A stretch of 39,925 bases of DNA from Octopus bimaculoides (Eukaryota). Numbering within the stretch: the first letter of the stretch is position 1; each line of letters begins with the position of its first letter. The stretch covers positions 185,742,218-185,782,142 of the forward strand of contig NC_068981.1 in the NCBI RefSeq assembly GCF_001194135.2, written 5' to 3'. Positions 1-13,049 of the stretch are shown here, piece after piece. Position numbers and translations under genes: made by a program. The notes under the pieces were generated by a model. The model searched no databases. It was not told where the DNA came from and worked only from the letters and a program-made list of their open reading frames with translations.

Positions 1-51
1 TATATATATATTTCTAAGTCTCTCTAAAGGAAACTGCGGCAGCGGTACTGG

Positions 52-372
52 ATATTAATAGTTATCGACAAGCTAACATGGTAGTCCAGGAAAATAGGAC
101 GAATGCTGCCGTTGATTAGTTCCAAGAGGCCATCGTCTCTAGCTAGCATTGTGACGCACGAACATGTATCCATTATAACCTTCGAACAGTCTGTAGATGC
201 CAGACCAGCAAGGGGAAGCGGCTGACCTCCCCTGTTCGAAGTTTAAAATAATGGACACAGGTTCGTGTATCGCATAGCTAGCTAGAAGCGATGGCCTCAA
301 GGAGCTCATTAACGACAGCATTCGTCCTATTTTTCTGGACTGCCATATAAGCCTGGCAATAACTATTAATAT
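52..372. mobile_element. Foldback / MITE-like element with ~140-bp imperfect inverted arms
   Basis: 52-189 (ATATTAATAGTTAT...CCAGGAAAATAGGACGAATGCTG...TTCGAACAG) is the reverse complement of 232-372 at roughly 80% identity by eye, with a 42-nt spacer. No clear TSD. Confidence 0.7.
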
Positions 373-411
373 AAATTTATAAGTTCTAAAATTGCAGAAG
401 AATTCGTTGCT

Positions 412-485
412 GGACAGTTTAGTTTAATGGTAAAACACCTGACGCGTAATCACAGAGATGTGAGTTCGAGTCTCATGGCTGACCA
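412..485 (+). tRNA. tRNA-Thr-like pseudogene or SINE head (anticodon position CGT)
   Basis: Cloverleaf elements: acceptor GGACAGT/GCTGACC (1 mismatch), D-arm GTTT/AAAC with A-box TAGTTTAATGG, T-arm GTGAG-TTCGAGT-CTCAT (B-box), AGAT variable loop. The anticodon stem keeps only 3 bp and position 33 is G, so it is probably not a functional tRNA. Confidence 0.55.
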
Positions 486-498
486 GTANNNNNNNNNN

Positions 499-558
499 GG
501 TAAAACACCTGACGCGTAATCACAGAGATGTGAGTTCGAGTCTCATGGCTGACCAGTA
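499..558 (+). repeat. Exact copy of 429-488 on the far side of a 10-N gap
   Basis: The same 60 bp lie on both sides of gap 489-498; probably unmerged overlapping contig ends. Confidence 0.75.
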
Positions 559-879
559 ACGTATTTTTTCTGTAATAAATGGATAATTTATCCTGATCTC
601 GCTATTTATAGCATTATTACGCGTTTGAGAAATAAATTTATTTCTGTAACTTACAATACATCTCAACGCTTCTAAAAAAAAAAAAAAAGAAGAACAGACT
701 TTGTGTGTTTACTTTCATTATATATATATATATATATATGGATCTAAATCATCGTCACATTTTCCCCAACATTTATATCATTGAAATACAAGTGCAAACC
801 ATCCTGGACGCTTCAGCACTGCGTCTATTCATTTAAATGATGTTTGCGAAGCTCTTAAGCATTCGTCTCTATTGTACCT

Positions 880-928
880 GTATATATACATGAGTATATG
901 TATGTGTGTATGTGTCTGCATGTGCATG

Positions 929-969
<41 letters not shown>

Positions 970-982
970 GCAAATATATGTT

Positions 983-1015
<33 letters not shown>

Positions 1016-1450
1016 GTATAATAGAAATATGTTACAAAAACAAAATAGAAACTACACGTGGGAATTTAAGGGGAAAGTAAGAAGAAAAATATGCGAAAAT
1101 GTATATTGGAATTCAAAAAAAGTAAAAGCTTTTTATGAAAAGTAACGATGGATATATATACAATTAGATGAACTGAGGTAGGTATAAAAGTAATAAAAGT
1201 CCTTATTGTGAATTGTTAAAGAGATTCAAAAGCATACCAGTATCGTAATGTCACTAATAATTGCTTCGAATGCACACCGAATATATATATATATATATGT
1301 ATATATATGTATGTATGTATATATATGTAAATATACACATATACAGACACGCAAACGCACAGACCCACATATATATATATATACAGACATATATATACAT
1401 ACATATGAATTCCTATGTATGTATGTATGTATGTATGTATGTGTGTATGG
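880..1450. repeat. Compound (TA)n/(TATG)n/(CA)n microsatellite tracts (880-1020, 1281-1448)
   Basis: Directly visible; source of the YIYI/MYVC-type ORFs. Confidence 0.95.
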
Positions 1451-1490
1451 ATTATAGCGAACACTGTCGAAAATTCACAATTTTCTTCAG

Positions 1491-1632
1491 AAAGATGACA
1501 TTACAGGCTTACGACTAATTGGTATGAGATGTAATTTAACGTAACATCATATTTAATTAAAACAAGAAGCTACATTTCTCTATGCGTAATTATCGTCTAT
1601 ACAGGTGCTAAAATTTGCAAAGAAACAGCAAG
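1491..1632 (+). CDS. Candidate pair of micro-exons (1491-1521 and 1605-1632), peptide KDDITGLRLIGAKICKETA, unknown gene
   Basis: TTTTCTTCAG|exon 31 nt|GTATGA, 83-nt intron ending TATACAG|exon 28 nt|GTAAGT. Only one frame of exon 1 is open and it splices in frame into an open frame of exon 2. No homolog recognised. Confidence 0.3.
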
Positions 1633-1929
1633 GTAAGTAATGCTAGAACCTAACATCAGTTGTTCTATGAAACAAATTGACTACAAAGTTATAGTAACGC
1701 AAGTGTCTACAAAATACTTGGTTTGTCTATAAGGGAGATTCGGAAGAAATTCTTATCAAACGAATGACCATATTGGTATTTACACAGAGAATAGTATTAG
1801 CCTTGTAGATTGTTTTTGAATAATAAGTAGTATAATCCAAGCCTCCCAGTCGTGAGCAGCTCTCTAATAGTAAATCTTTGACTGAAGGGAGGCTCTGTTG
1901 ACTTCTAGCCTGTGTAGTCTTGTCCAGTG

Positions 1930-2251
1930 AAGGTGCGTGGCTTAGAGGTTAGGGCATTCGGCTCACGATCGTAAGTTCGTGAGTTCAGTTCCCGGCGACG
2001 CGTTGTGTCCTCGAGCAAAACACTTTATTTCCCGTTGCTCCAGTTCACTTGGCTGGCAAAAATGAGTAGTACCTGTATTTCAAAGGGCCAACCTTGTCAC
2101 ACTCTGTGTCACACTGAATCTCCCTGAGAACTACGTTAGGGGTACACGTGTCTGTGGATTGCTCAGTCACTTGCACGTTAATTTCACGAGCAGGCTGTTC
2201 CGTTGATCGTATCAGCTGGGACCCTCGTCGCCGTAACCGCTGGAGTGCTCC
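1930..2251 (+). mobile_element. tRNA-headed SINE family A, full-length copy
   Basis: tRNA-like head (A-box TGGCTTAGAGG, B-box GAGTTCAGTTC), then GTGTCCTCGAGCAAAACACTT resembling the CORE-SINE domain; body shared with copies at 9258, 30203 and 37713. Confidence 0.85.
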
Positions 2252-2486
2252 TTTATGGTCTTATCCATCTTTGCTTTGAGCACAAAGTTATATTTACGTA
2301 AGTTACTTTAAAATAGTTGGTATTTCTATGAGAGACATTTAGAAGAAGTTCTTATGAAACAAACGACCGTATTGGTCTGTAGACAAAGGAAAGGTTAGCC
2401 TTATACATGGCGACGGTTATGTTGGAGTCTGGCTGTTGTCGAGCTTTGCTTTGACCACATCCTTTATTGAGGTAAACACCATCCAT

Positions 2487-4130
<1,644 letters not shown>

Positions 4131-4519
4131 TAGTGTAACGCTATCTTCGGAGTGGCATTTCAGTAAGAGAGATGAAAAGAGTCCTGCAGACATACATAAA
4201 CACATTTTACCATTCTTATATATAGCTGTATGACATGAAACGTCAACAAACACGTGGCAATTAGACAATTCTTTAAACGAATACTAGACAGAAAACATAA
4301 TATAACTTCGGTTTTATTTTGTCGACCTACGAGTATTGCATCTAGGATATGCCAACAAGAACTAGAAACGACATTTTGATAGAAACTTAATCAACGCACA
4401 CTGTAGGCCTGACCTAAGAAATGAACATAGTTAGAGGTTTTTTGTTGCTATTGGCTGTAGACACGGGTTTAATTTCCCCAAATGATATTAAATCATTATA
4501 TTATTAAGTTATATAACTA

Positions 4520-5115
4520 ATATTAACAAGTATCTGTAGAGGATATCATCAGCATTCCATTTAAGGAACAATTTCTCTAAAACATGTTTGTTGATATTCC
4601 AGATTACAGCTACATGGAAGGATGGGTTCTATGAACGCCTCTAGGACACTTCATCCTCATTCTTAGTGATAGTCGTTTATTTGATAATATATGTTTGATC
4701 TCACAATAAGTAGCGTTGGCCTGTCCAAACATCTTTCATGTTTTCCCCATCTAATGTAATGATGATTCCCGAATATTTAACTCTCGACTTGTTTCAAGGT
4801 TGTTCCGTTAATTACTATATTGCAAATTGATGGTATTTCCTTTGAATTTATCACTGTTTGTTGCTATTAACATCTAAACCAATGTTTTCATTCACATCCT
4901 TATTCAGAATAACTAATATATGACGATATTTCTTTAATGTTGCTATGAGGAGTTTGTCGTCTGCGTCACTGACATTATCGATGTGTTGTCATCCTCTCCT
5001 CTTTATACCTGACAGATATTCAATTAATGGCGTGATTATTTTACTGCATAACGCAAACAGATCACGTGAAAATACACACTTCTATGCTACTTCACCCTTG
5101 ATCTTCATAAATTTA
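4520..5115 (-). mobile_element. Second RTE-clade (BovB-like) LINE, RT-domain relic
   Basis: Minus strand: KCVFSRDLFALCSKII..GIKRRG*QHIDNVSDADDKLLIA..GLDVNSNK..CNIVINGTTLKQVES.KYSGIIITLDG, matching RTE RT motifs. The YADD-equivalent DADD is at 4956-4967. Confidence 0.8.
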
Positions 5116-5442
5116 CAATTTCGTTTCCAATTCTAAATACTTGTATCAGTTAGCAATATATATTTCTAAATATTTGTATGTTCTTACCACTTGGATTTAT
5201 AACATAAATTCGTACATATGTGCATACATATGTACATACATACATAAATACATACATACATATATAAATACCCACATGTATACATGCATATGCACTCACA
5301 CACACACACACACACAAAAACATACACACATATATATACAGAGAATATATTAAGTTTAATTACATTTTATTATTGAGAGTTATATTTTAAAATGTAGGAA
5401 TACACTTCACCGGTTTCAAATTAGATTTTCAAAAGTGTATGG

Positions 5443-5575
<133 letters not shown>

Positions 5576-5940
5576 TGTTGACGTGATACAAATTTGTAAA
5601 TCGAGGTAACATGAAGTGATTAACAGTGAATCCCAAAGCGGATGATATAGTTGTAAATATAGCGTGTAAATAGGAAATTACTGAAACAATTTAGTTAGAA
5701 GAACACGAAGGTTGCCTGTGAACCACGAACCCATATCTGTAACCGAAGGGTTACTTAAAACATGATATACACGCCATTATTTACAGCTTCATCATCTGCT
5801 CCAAGATTCTCTATTCCAAAGAAATCCACACGTACATAGACGCACGCACACACACAGATACACATGCGCACAAACACATACATACACACAAACACACGGA
5901 CAGACACACGGGCAAAGACAGAGGCAAACATACATATATG

Positions 5941-6751
5941 TAGTGAATAAACTATCGTCTAAATTAGGCAAAACTGACAATAACACTTGACATCTCATTT
6001 TAATAGATATACTTACCAAATTTACATAACAATATCTTAAAATACGAAAGAGTAAATTCATCCAATAAAATCGCCATTGGCTTCGACCACGGATTCCAAA
6101 TGACTTCGGAATCTCTGACAATTCTTTTGGGCGGTCTCCTTGTTTAAGTTGGTGAATGTTGCCGTAATACTTGCCTTCGTTTCATCTTTGGTGTTACAAG
6201 GAGTTTCGTTGATTTCTCGCTCAACTGCGCCCCTCACATAATAATCAAGGGGGCTGCAGTCTTGGGAGTCAAGTGGCTAGATGTTAGGGGTAATGTGGTC
6301 GCATTAATTGTATGACAGCCATAACCGGGTTCTCCTTCTTGTGTGGCATGATACAGAATCTTGTTGATAGACATAAGGTCTTGCAGCAGCCACCCTCTTG
6401 ACCCAAGGCAGCACTACCTCCTCCGGGCATTTGATGCAAGCTTACGTATTGAGTTTGAAGCCATAACGTCGATATCTCTAGTGATGTTGACTGCATGTTT
6501 AATTTTTATCACTTTCGTTACATGTCCTGGGGTCGCACTGTCCTCAGATTGACACTCAAACACTCTGAAATGGTATTTGAGCTTCCGGTGCGAATGCCAA
6601 GCGCTACAGCAAGTCGTTTTCAAATTTCTGGCAGACTGAGATGCATTATGGTGCTGTTTTCTCCCAATTGACCCTACTACACTATGTAGTCGACAAAATC
6701 AAAAACGAACAATGCGCATGCTCGAAATAAAAAATATAAAGCAGCACCCTG
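5941..6751 (-). mobile_element. Tc1/mariner DD37D (maT-type) transposon, internally deleted relic
   Basis: Minus strand: RPYVYQQDSVSCHT...DCSPLDYYV...VVEANGDFIG*, with 37 residues between the QQD and PLD aspartates. The 5-prime end is TA|CAGGGTGCTGC (6751-6753). The N-terminal MHLSLPEI..LGIRTG..CLSVNLRTV is joined to the catalytic part across a deletion. Confidence 0.85.
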
Positions 6752-6783
6752 TATCTACAAATATATATATCACGCCATGTTTA

Positions 6784-7500
6784 TACATACATACATACAT
6801 ACATACATACATACATACATACATNNNNNNNNNNNNNNNNNNNNNNNNNNNNNNNNNNNNNNNNNNNNNNNNNNNNNNNNNNNNNNNNNNNNNNNNNNNN
6901 NNNNNNNNNNNNNNNNNNNNNNNNNNNNNNNNNNNNNNNNNNNNNNNNNNNNNNNNNNNNNNNNNNNNNNNNNNNNNNNNNNNNNNNNNNNNNNNNNNNN
7001 NNNNNNNNNNNNNNNNNNNNNNNNNNNNNNNNNNNNNNNNNNNNNNNNNNNNNNNNNNNNNNNNNNNNNNNNNNNNNNNNNNNNNNNNNNNNNNNNNNNN
7101 NNNNNNNNNNNNNNNNNNNNNNNNNNNNNNNNNNNNNNNNNNNNNNNNNNNNNNNNNNNNNNNNNNNNNNNNNNNNNNNNNNNNNNNNNNNNNNNNNNNN
7201 NNNNNNNNNNNNNNNNNNNNNNNNNNNNNNNNNNNNNNNNNNNNNNNNNNNNNNNNNNNNNNNNNNNNNNNNNNNNNNNNNNNNNNNNTATATAAACCCA
7301 CAGCCATTCATGCACGCATACATAATGCGTATGTAAGTACATACATACTTTCATGCATGCATTCACACATACGTACGTGCATACATGCGTACGTACGTAC
7401 ATCCATCCATCCATGCATCCATTCATCCATCCATACATACATAGATACATACATTCATAATACCTACATAATACATACATACTTATAGATATACATACAT
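6784..7500. repeat. (TACA)n-rich microsatellite region spanning gap 6825-7288
   Basis: TACA/CATC repeats on both sides of the gap. Confidence 0.9.
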
Positions 7501-7509
7501 GCGTACATA

Positions 7510-8163
7510 TATACAAGGACATGAGATAGCCATTAAAAACCTGATAAGGAAAAAGGAGAAAGATGTTACGAAATCTCCACGTTGTCATAAGAAATGTCGG
7601 CTCTGCTATACCAATGTGGAAGATATTACTGATATCATCAGTAGCTGCTCCCAAATGTCTAGGAGATACTACCTGCCCTTTAGGCAAACACTATTTACAA
7701 TCCTGCTTTCTTGCAGGACGGACGGCCCCGACATGTCGGAAACCGCAGGTAACCACACCTTTAAAAACAAGGAATACTGACTGAACACCTATGGAAAAGT
7801 ATCAGATCGGTGGAAGCATACCAAATATGATATTGATCTGTAGGACAAGAAACAAAAGTCACGCGCTGTTGTAGCGGTTAGTTGCCGCCCGGATGTGAAT
7901 ATACAATCAAAAGTCCAGGCAAAAGAGAACATTTATGGTGAATTAATGCGGAACATAGAGCTCTTGTACCCTGTCAACGAATTCTCATTTGTACTTATTA
8001 TCATAGGGTGCATTAGGTTATGTACCAACATATTTTCAAGAAAATCTAGAAATACTCGGTTTTATGGAAATAGAGAATAGGTAACCGACGCGGTTTCTCC
8101 AAATCAAATCTGTTAGTGACACAGTGAAGAATTGTAAGACATCCAAAGCCTTCTCCATCTGAG
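7510..8163 (+). mobile_element. 3-prime fragment of an RLE-endonuclease LINE (R4/Dong-like)
   Basis: CRLC..EDITDIISSC zinc-knuckle relic, KHTKYDIDL*DKK..VSC..DVNI..KENIYG (degenerate PD-(D/E)xK region), LLYP..F..IIIG, SVSDTVKNCKT; homologous to 29240-29427. Confidence 0.8.
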
Positions 8164-9257
8164 ATTCATTTCTGAATAGATGCACACACTTGGGAATATG
8201 TATTGACAGTTGAAACCAACGCAACGTCTCAACGACGTATTTCCAAACACCAGAAACTGTCTTAATTCAAACACAGATGCCGTTTCGTTAGTTGCCGCAT
8301 TGATCTCTCTCATGAACTTAAAGGAAGCTCAAAGAAGATACACAAACACACACACACTTTTATATATTTGTGTGTGTACATATATATNNNNNNNNNNNNN
8401 NNNNNNNNNNNNNNNNNNNNNNNNNNNNNNNNNNNNNNNNNNNNNNNNNNNNNNNNNNNNNNNNNNNNNNNNNNNNNNNNNNNNNNNNNNNNNNNNNNNN
8501 NNNNNNNNNNNNNNNNNNNNNNNNNNNNNNNNNNNNNNNNNNNNNNNNNNNNNNNNNNNNNNNNNNNNNNNNNNNNNNNNNNNNNNNNNNNNNNNNNNNN
8601 NNNNNNNNNNNNNNNNNNNNNNNNNNNNNNNNNNNNNNNNNNNNNNNNNNNNNNNNNNNNNNNNNNNNNNNNNNNNNNNNNNNNNNNNNNNNNNNNNNNN
8701 NNNNNNNNNNNNNNNNNNNNNNNNNNNNNNNNNNNNNNNNNNNNNNNNNNNNNNNNNNNNNNNNNNNNNNNNNNNNNNNNNNNNNNNNNNNNNNNNNNNN
8801 NNNNNNNNNNNNNNNNNNNNNNNNNNNNNNNNNNNNNNNNNNNNNNNNNNNNNNNNNNNNNNNNNNNNNNNNNNNNNNNNNNNNNNNNNNNNNNNNNNNN
8901 NNNNNNNNNNNNNNNNNNNNNNNNNNNNNNNNNNNNNNNNNNNNNNNNNNNNNNNNNNNNNNNNNNNNNNNNNNNNNNNNNNNNNNNNNNNNNNNNNNNN
9001 NNNNNNNNNNNNNNNNNNNNNNNNNNNNNNNNNNNNNNNNNNNNNNNNNNNNNNNNNNNNNNNNNNNNNNNNNNNNNNNNNNNNNNNNNNNNNNNNNNNN
9101 NNNNNNNNNNNNNNNNNNNNNNNNNNNNNNNNNNNNNNNNNNNNNNNNTGTTTATTGAGCGAAAACACCTAAAACTCCACGAGGCTCCGGCAGGGGATGG
9201 TGGCGAACCCTGCTGTACTCTTTCACCACAACTTTCTCTTACTTCCTGTTCCTGTTG

Positions 9258-9452
9258 TGCCTGTAATTCAAAGGATCAGCCTTGTCCCACTCTGTGTCAT
9301 GCTGAATGCCTCCGAGAACTACGTTAAGGGTACACGTGTCTGTGGAGTGCTCAGCCACTTGCACGTTAATTTCACGAGCAGGCTGTTCCGTTGATCGGAT
9401 CAACTGGAACCCTTGCCGTCGCAAGCGACGGAGTGCCAACGACAACAACAAC
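9258..9452 (+). mobile_element. SINE family A, 5-prime truncated copy with (CAA)n tail
   Basis: GAGAACTACGTTAAGGGTACACGTGTCTGTGGAGTGCTCAGCCACTTGCACGTTAATTTCACGAGCAGG shared with 1930-2251. Confidence 0.85.
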
Positions 9453-10865
9453 TTAAGAAGGGCGGTTCGAAACTATGAAATTACTGGTTCGATCTTACCA
9501 CAAGATATTCTTGGGCAAGTGTCTCTTTCTATATGCTTCATCACACCAAAGACGGTCAGTGATTATTTCTAGAATGAAATTATGTTGACGCTTGTGGAAG
9601 TTTATTGCTGATCCTCTGTGATATACATGCTTTGTTGTCCAGTATGATATCACCAACTGGCCTGCCTACAACGTCATAACTGAGTTCACCTCGTTGACAG
9701 ACATCCAGTGTGAGAATAACCGTCCACCCGTACGAATACTATTTCAAAATGTTCTGGAAAATTAATTAATGCATCATCTGTGATGTTCTCGTTAAAAAAC
9801 AAATATTTTATTGGGTTCATAGCGATGAAAAACAAAAACAACCAGTGCACCTTTCCACTAAGAACTTAGACATACGTAACGAAATTGCGTAAAGTATTCA
9901 GTCCGGCATACAGACGTGTTTAACCACAATCACTGTGATATATATGAGAAATGCATAATATTAAAACATCGCCAATTCATATTGCAGTACAGTTTTTCAA
10001 TTTTTGTTTTATACATAGTGCGGCAGAGAAATCTTTTACATTATACATACATACATAAANNNNNNNNNNNNNNNNNNNNNNNNNNNNNNNNNNNNNNNNN
10101 NNNNNNNNNNNNNNNNNNNNNNNNNNNNNNNNNNNNNNNNNNNNNNNNNNNNNNNNNNNNNNNNNNNNNNNNNNNNNNNNNNNNNNNNNNNNNNNNNNNN
10201 NNNNNNNNNNNNNNNNNNNNNNNNNNNNNNNNNNNNNNNNNNNNNNNNNNNNNNNNNNNNNNNNNNNNNNNNNNNNNNNNNNNNNNNNNNNNNNNNNNNN
10301 NNNNNNNNNNNNNNNNNNNNNNNNNNNNNNNNNNNNNNNNNNNNNNNNNNNNNNNNNNNNNNNNNNNNNNNNNNNNNNNNNNNNNNNNNNNNNNNNNNNN
10401 NNNNNNNNNNNNNNNNNNNNNNNNNNNNNNNNNNNNNNNNNNNNNNNNNNNNNNNNNNNNNNNNNNNNNNNNNNNNNNNNNNNNNNNNNNNNNNNNNNNN
10501 NNNNNNNNNNNNNNNNNNNNNNNNNNNNNNNNNNNNNNNNNNNNNNNNNNNNNNNNNNNNNNNNNNNNNNNNNNNNNNNNNNNNNNNNNNNNNNNNNNNN
10601 NNNNNNNNNNNNNNNNNNNNNNNNNNNNNNNNNNNNNNNNNNNNNNNNNNNNNNNNNNNNNNNNNNNNNNNNNNNNNNNNNNNNNNNNNNNNNNNNNNNN
10701 NNNNNNNNNNNNNNNNNNNNNNNNNNNNNNNNNNNNNNNNNNNNNNNNNNNNNNNNNNNNNNNNNNNNNNNNNNNNNNNNNNNNNNNNNNNNNNNNNNNN
10801 NNNNNNNNNNNNNNNNNNNNNNNNNNNNNNNNNNNNNNNNNNNNNNNNNNNNNNNNNNNNNNNNN

Positions 10866-10913
<48 letters not shown>

Positions 10914-11700
10914 TGCACTGTATATTTTACTGTCGAATTATGAGTTCTATTATTATTTTTATATCTTCTAAGTGATATTGGAATACAAAAGAGAGAATAA
11001 GAAAGAATCGAAGCGACAATAATCTCTTCGATATGCACTCAATATCCCCTCACAAAACAAATTTTATTTGATACATCTTCCTAGATTCCTTCTTCTCGTT
11101 TCTTTTCTTTTCTTCTTCTTCAATTTAATCTCAACTTCACCCAACTCACAGGAACACTATATGTTCATTTGTTCCTCAACACTATACGCAATTTCTTTTA
11201 AGTGACGCAAATTTCCTTCCTGCAAATCATTTCATGAGAACGTTCGTTTCATTAGAGTGAAGATGCCAAGACAGCCATTGAAAGTTCACTGAGAACATCA
11301 AATTTGAATTATTTTCTTATATTTAGTGCATATATACTTTGTAACATTGCTCTTTCCTTCTCTTTAATGTTATTACTACAGCAAATGTCACACCCTACTC
11401 CATGTAATAAATCTTTCCATGTATAAATTACACTTGATTGACTAAATAAAAGTTTCTCGTAAAAAGTAACAATAAAAATAAATCTAACAGTTATGATCGA
11501 ATAATAAAATGAATTTATGGTCATAAAACATTTTTCTTAAAGGTGTTGGTTTCCATTTTACCATTGTTTTTCATAAAGACATCGGTGTATACAAATATTG
11601 CTTTAGATATTGATATATTAACATAAATTCCCTTATGTTTACAAATGCAGGCACACACAAAAGAAAGAATTATTTTTTTCTTATCATTAAGTCTTTGTGA

Positions 11701-12040
11701 AAGCAGTAAGCTGACAGAATCGGTAGCACGCCGGGCGAAATGCTCGGCAGTATTTCGTCTTTCTCTGCGTTCTGAGTTCAGATTCTGCCGAGGTCGACTT
11801 TGCCTTTCATCCTTTCAGGGTCGATAAATTTAGTACGAGTTGTCTACTGGGGTCGACCTAATCGACTGGCCTTCTTCCCAAATCTTTCGGACCTTGTGCC
11901 TAGAGTAGAACAGGATCGATTACACGCCGGTCAAAATGCTTATCGGTATCTCGCCTGTCGTTACGTTCTAGGTTCAAATTCCTCCGAGGTCGACTTTGCT
12001 TTTCATTCTTTCGGGCGTTGTGCCTTTAGTAGAAAGAATT
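11701..12040 (+). mobile_element. SINE family B, tandem dimer (tail type 1)
   Basis: Head GCTGACAGAATCGGTAGCACGCCGGGCGAAATGC..GAGTTCAGATTC, body GAGGTCGACTTTGCCTTTCATCCTTTC.GGGTCGATAAA, tail CCTTGTGCCTAGAGTAGAA; a second, deleted unit follows at 11911-12040. Confidence 0.85.
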
Positions 12041-12258
12041 ATTATCATTATTATATCAGAGATCAGCGCATGCAATCAAAGTGACGCTGAGGTAGAAATA
12101 TACGAAGCCCAGTATATCCATGATGACTACCTGCCTGATAAGCGTATACCAGGCACATGCATCACAACCACTTGTACGCGACATAGTCATCTCTTAAACA
12201 GTGCAGGATCTTGCAGTTGGGGCCCAGTTAGAATTTTCTTCAGGTCGAATAATGGTTA

Positions 12259-12473
12259 TTTTACTTGTTTCAGTCATTTGACTGCGGCCATGCTGGAGCA
12301 CCGCCTTTAGTCGAATCAAATCGGCCCTAGGACTTATTCTTCGTAAGCCTAGTACTTATTCTATCAGTTTCTTTTGCCGAACCGCTAAGTTACGGGGGCA
12401 TAAACACACCAGCATCGGTCGTCAAGCGATGTTGGGGGGACAAACACAGATACACACACATACACATATGTAT

Positions 12474-12520
<47 letters not shown>

Positions 12521-12660
12521 CATATATACGNNNNNNNNNNNNNNNNNNNNNNNNNNNNNNNNNGTAGAAGACACTTGCCGAAGGTTCCACACAGTGGGAC
12601 TGAACCCGGAACTATGTGGTTGGTAAGCAAGTTACTTACCACACGCCCACTCCTGCGCCT
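12259..12660 (-). mobile_element. SINE family C with internal microsatellite (gap 12531-12563 inside)
   Basis: Reverse complement begins AGGCGCAGGAGTGGGCGTGTGGTAAG..GGGTTCAGTCCC..GGCAAGTGTCTTCTAC and ends GCGGTGCTCCAGCATGGCCGCAGTCAAATGACTGAAACAAG; homologous to 18777 and 27957. Confidence 0.85.
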
Positions 12661-12875
12661 ATTTGGTTGTTTAAGAATGTTGAACTTAGTGCCCAGCGTG
12701 CTAACAATTCTGCCAGCTTACCAACTTTATAATAATAATAAGAAGAACAAGAACACTCAGATAGCCATACACGCTGGCCACTAAGGGGCATGCTCAGCTG
12801 GTTATGGTCAAGCAACTGACAAGCAAATCTGGTGTTGAGCAGAATATTTGCAGTAGCTTTTATATAATCATCATC

Positions 12876-12885
<10 letters not shown>

Positions 12886-12966
<81 letters not shown>

Positions 12967-12972
12967 TTATTT
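12886..12972. repeat. (TAT)n microsatellite
   Basis: Directly visible. Confidence 0.95.
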
Positions 12973-13049
12973 AGGTGTCTCGTTGGCTGAATACCCGTTG
13001 CTATCCTTCCGTCTAGCCGACAAGAAACTGTAAAAAGCAGAACTTCTTC

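Noticed and set aside
429-558. Tandem tRNA-like duplication
   Set aside because: The copies are identical and abut a 10-N gap; most likely overlapping contig ends rather than biology.
9644-9766. Open frame YDITNWPAYNVITEF.. after a CCAG acceptor, and a possible minus-strand 67-nt exon in the same region
   Set aside because: No recognisable homology; the splice signals are ambiguous on both strands.
11150-11300. Possible mariner C-terminal relic on the minus strand (MK*FAGRKFASLKEI)
   Set aside because: One short motif only; too weak to call.
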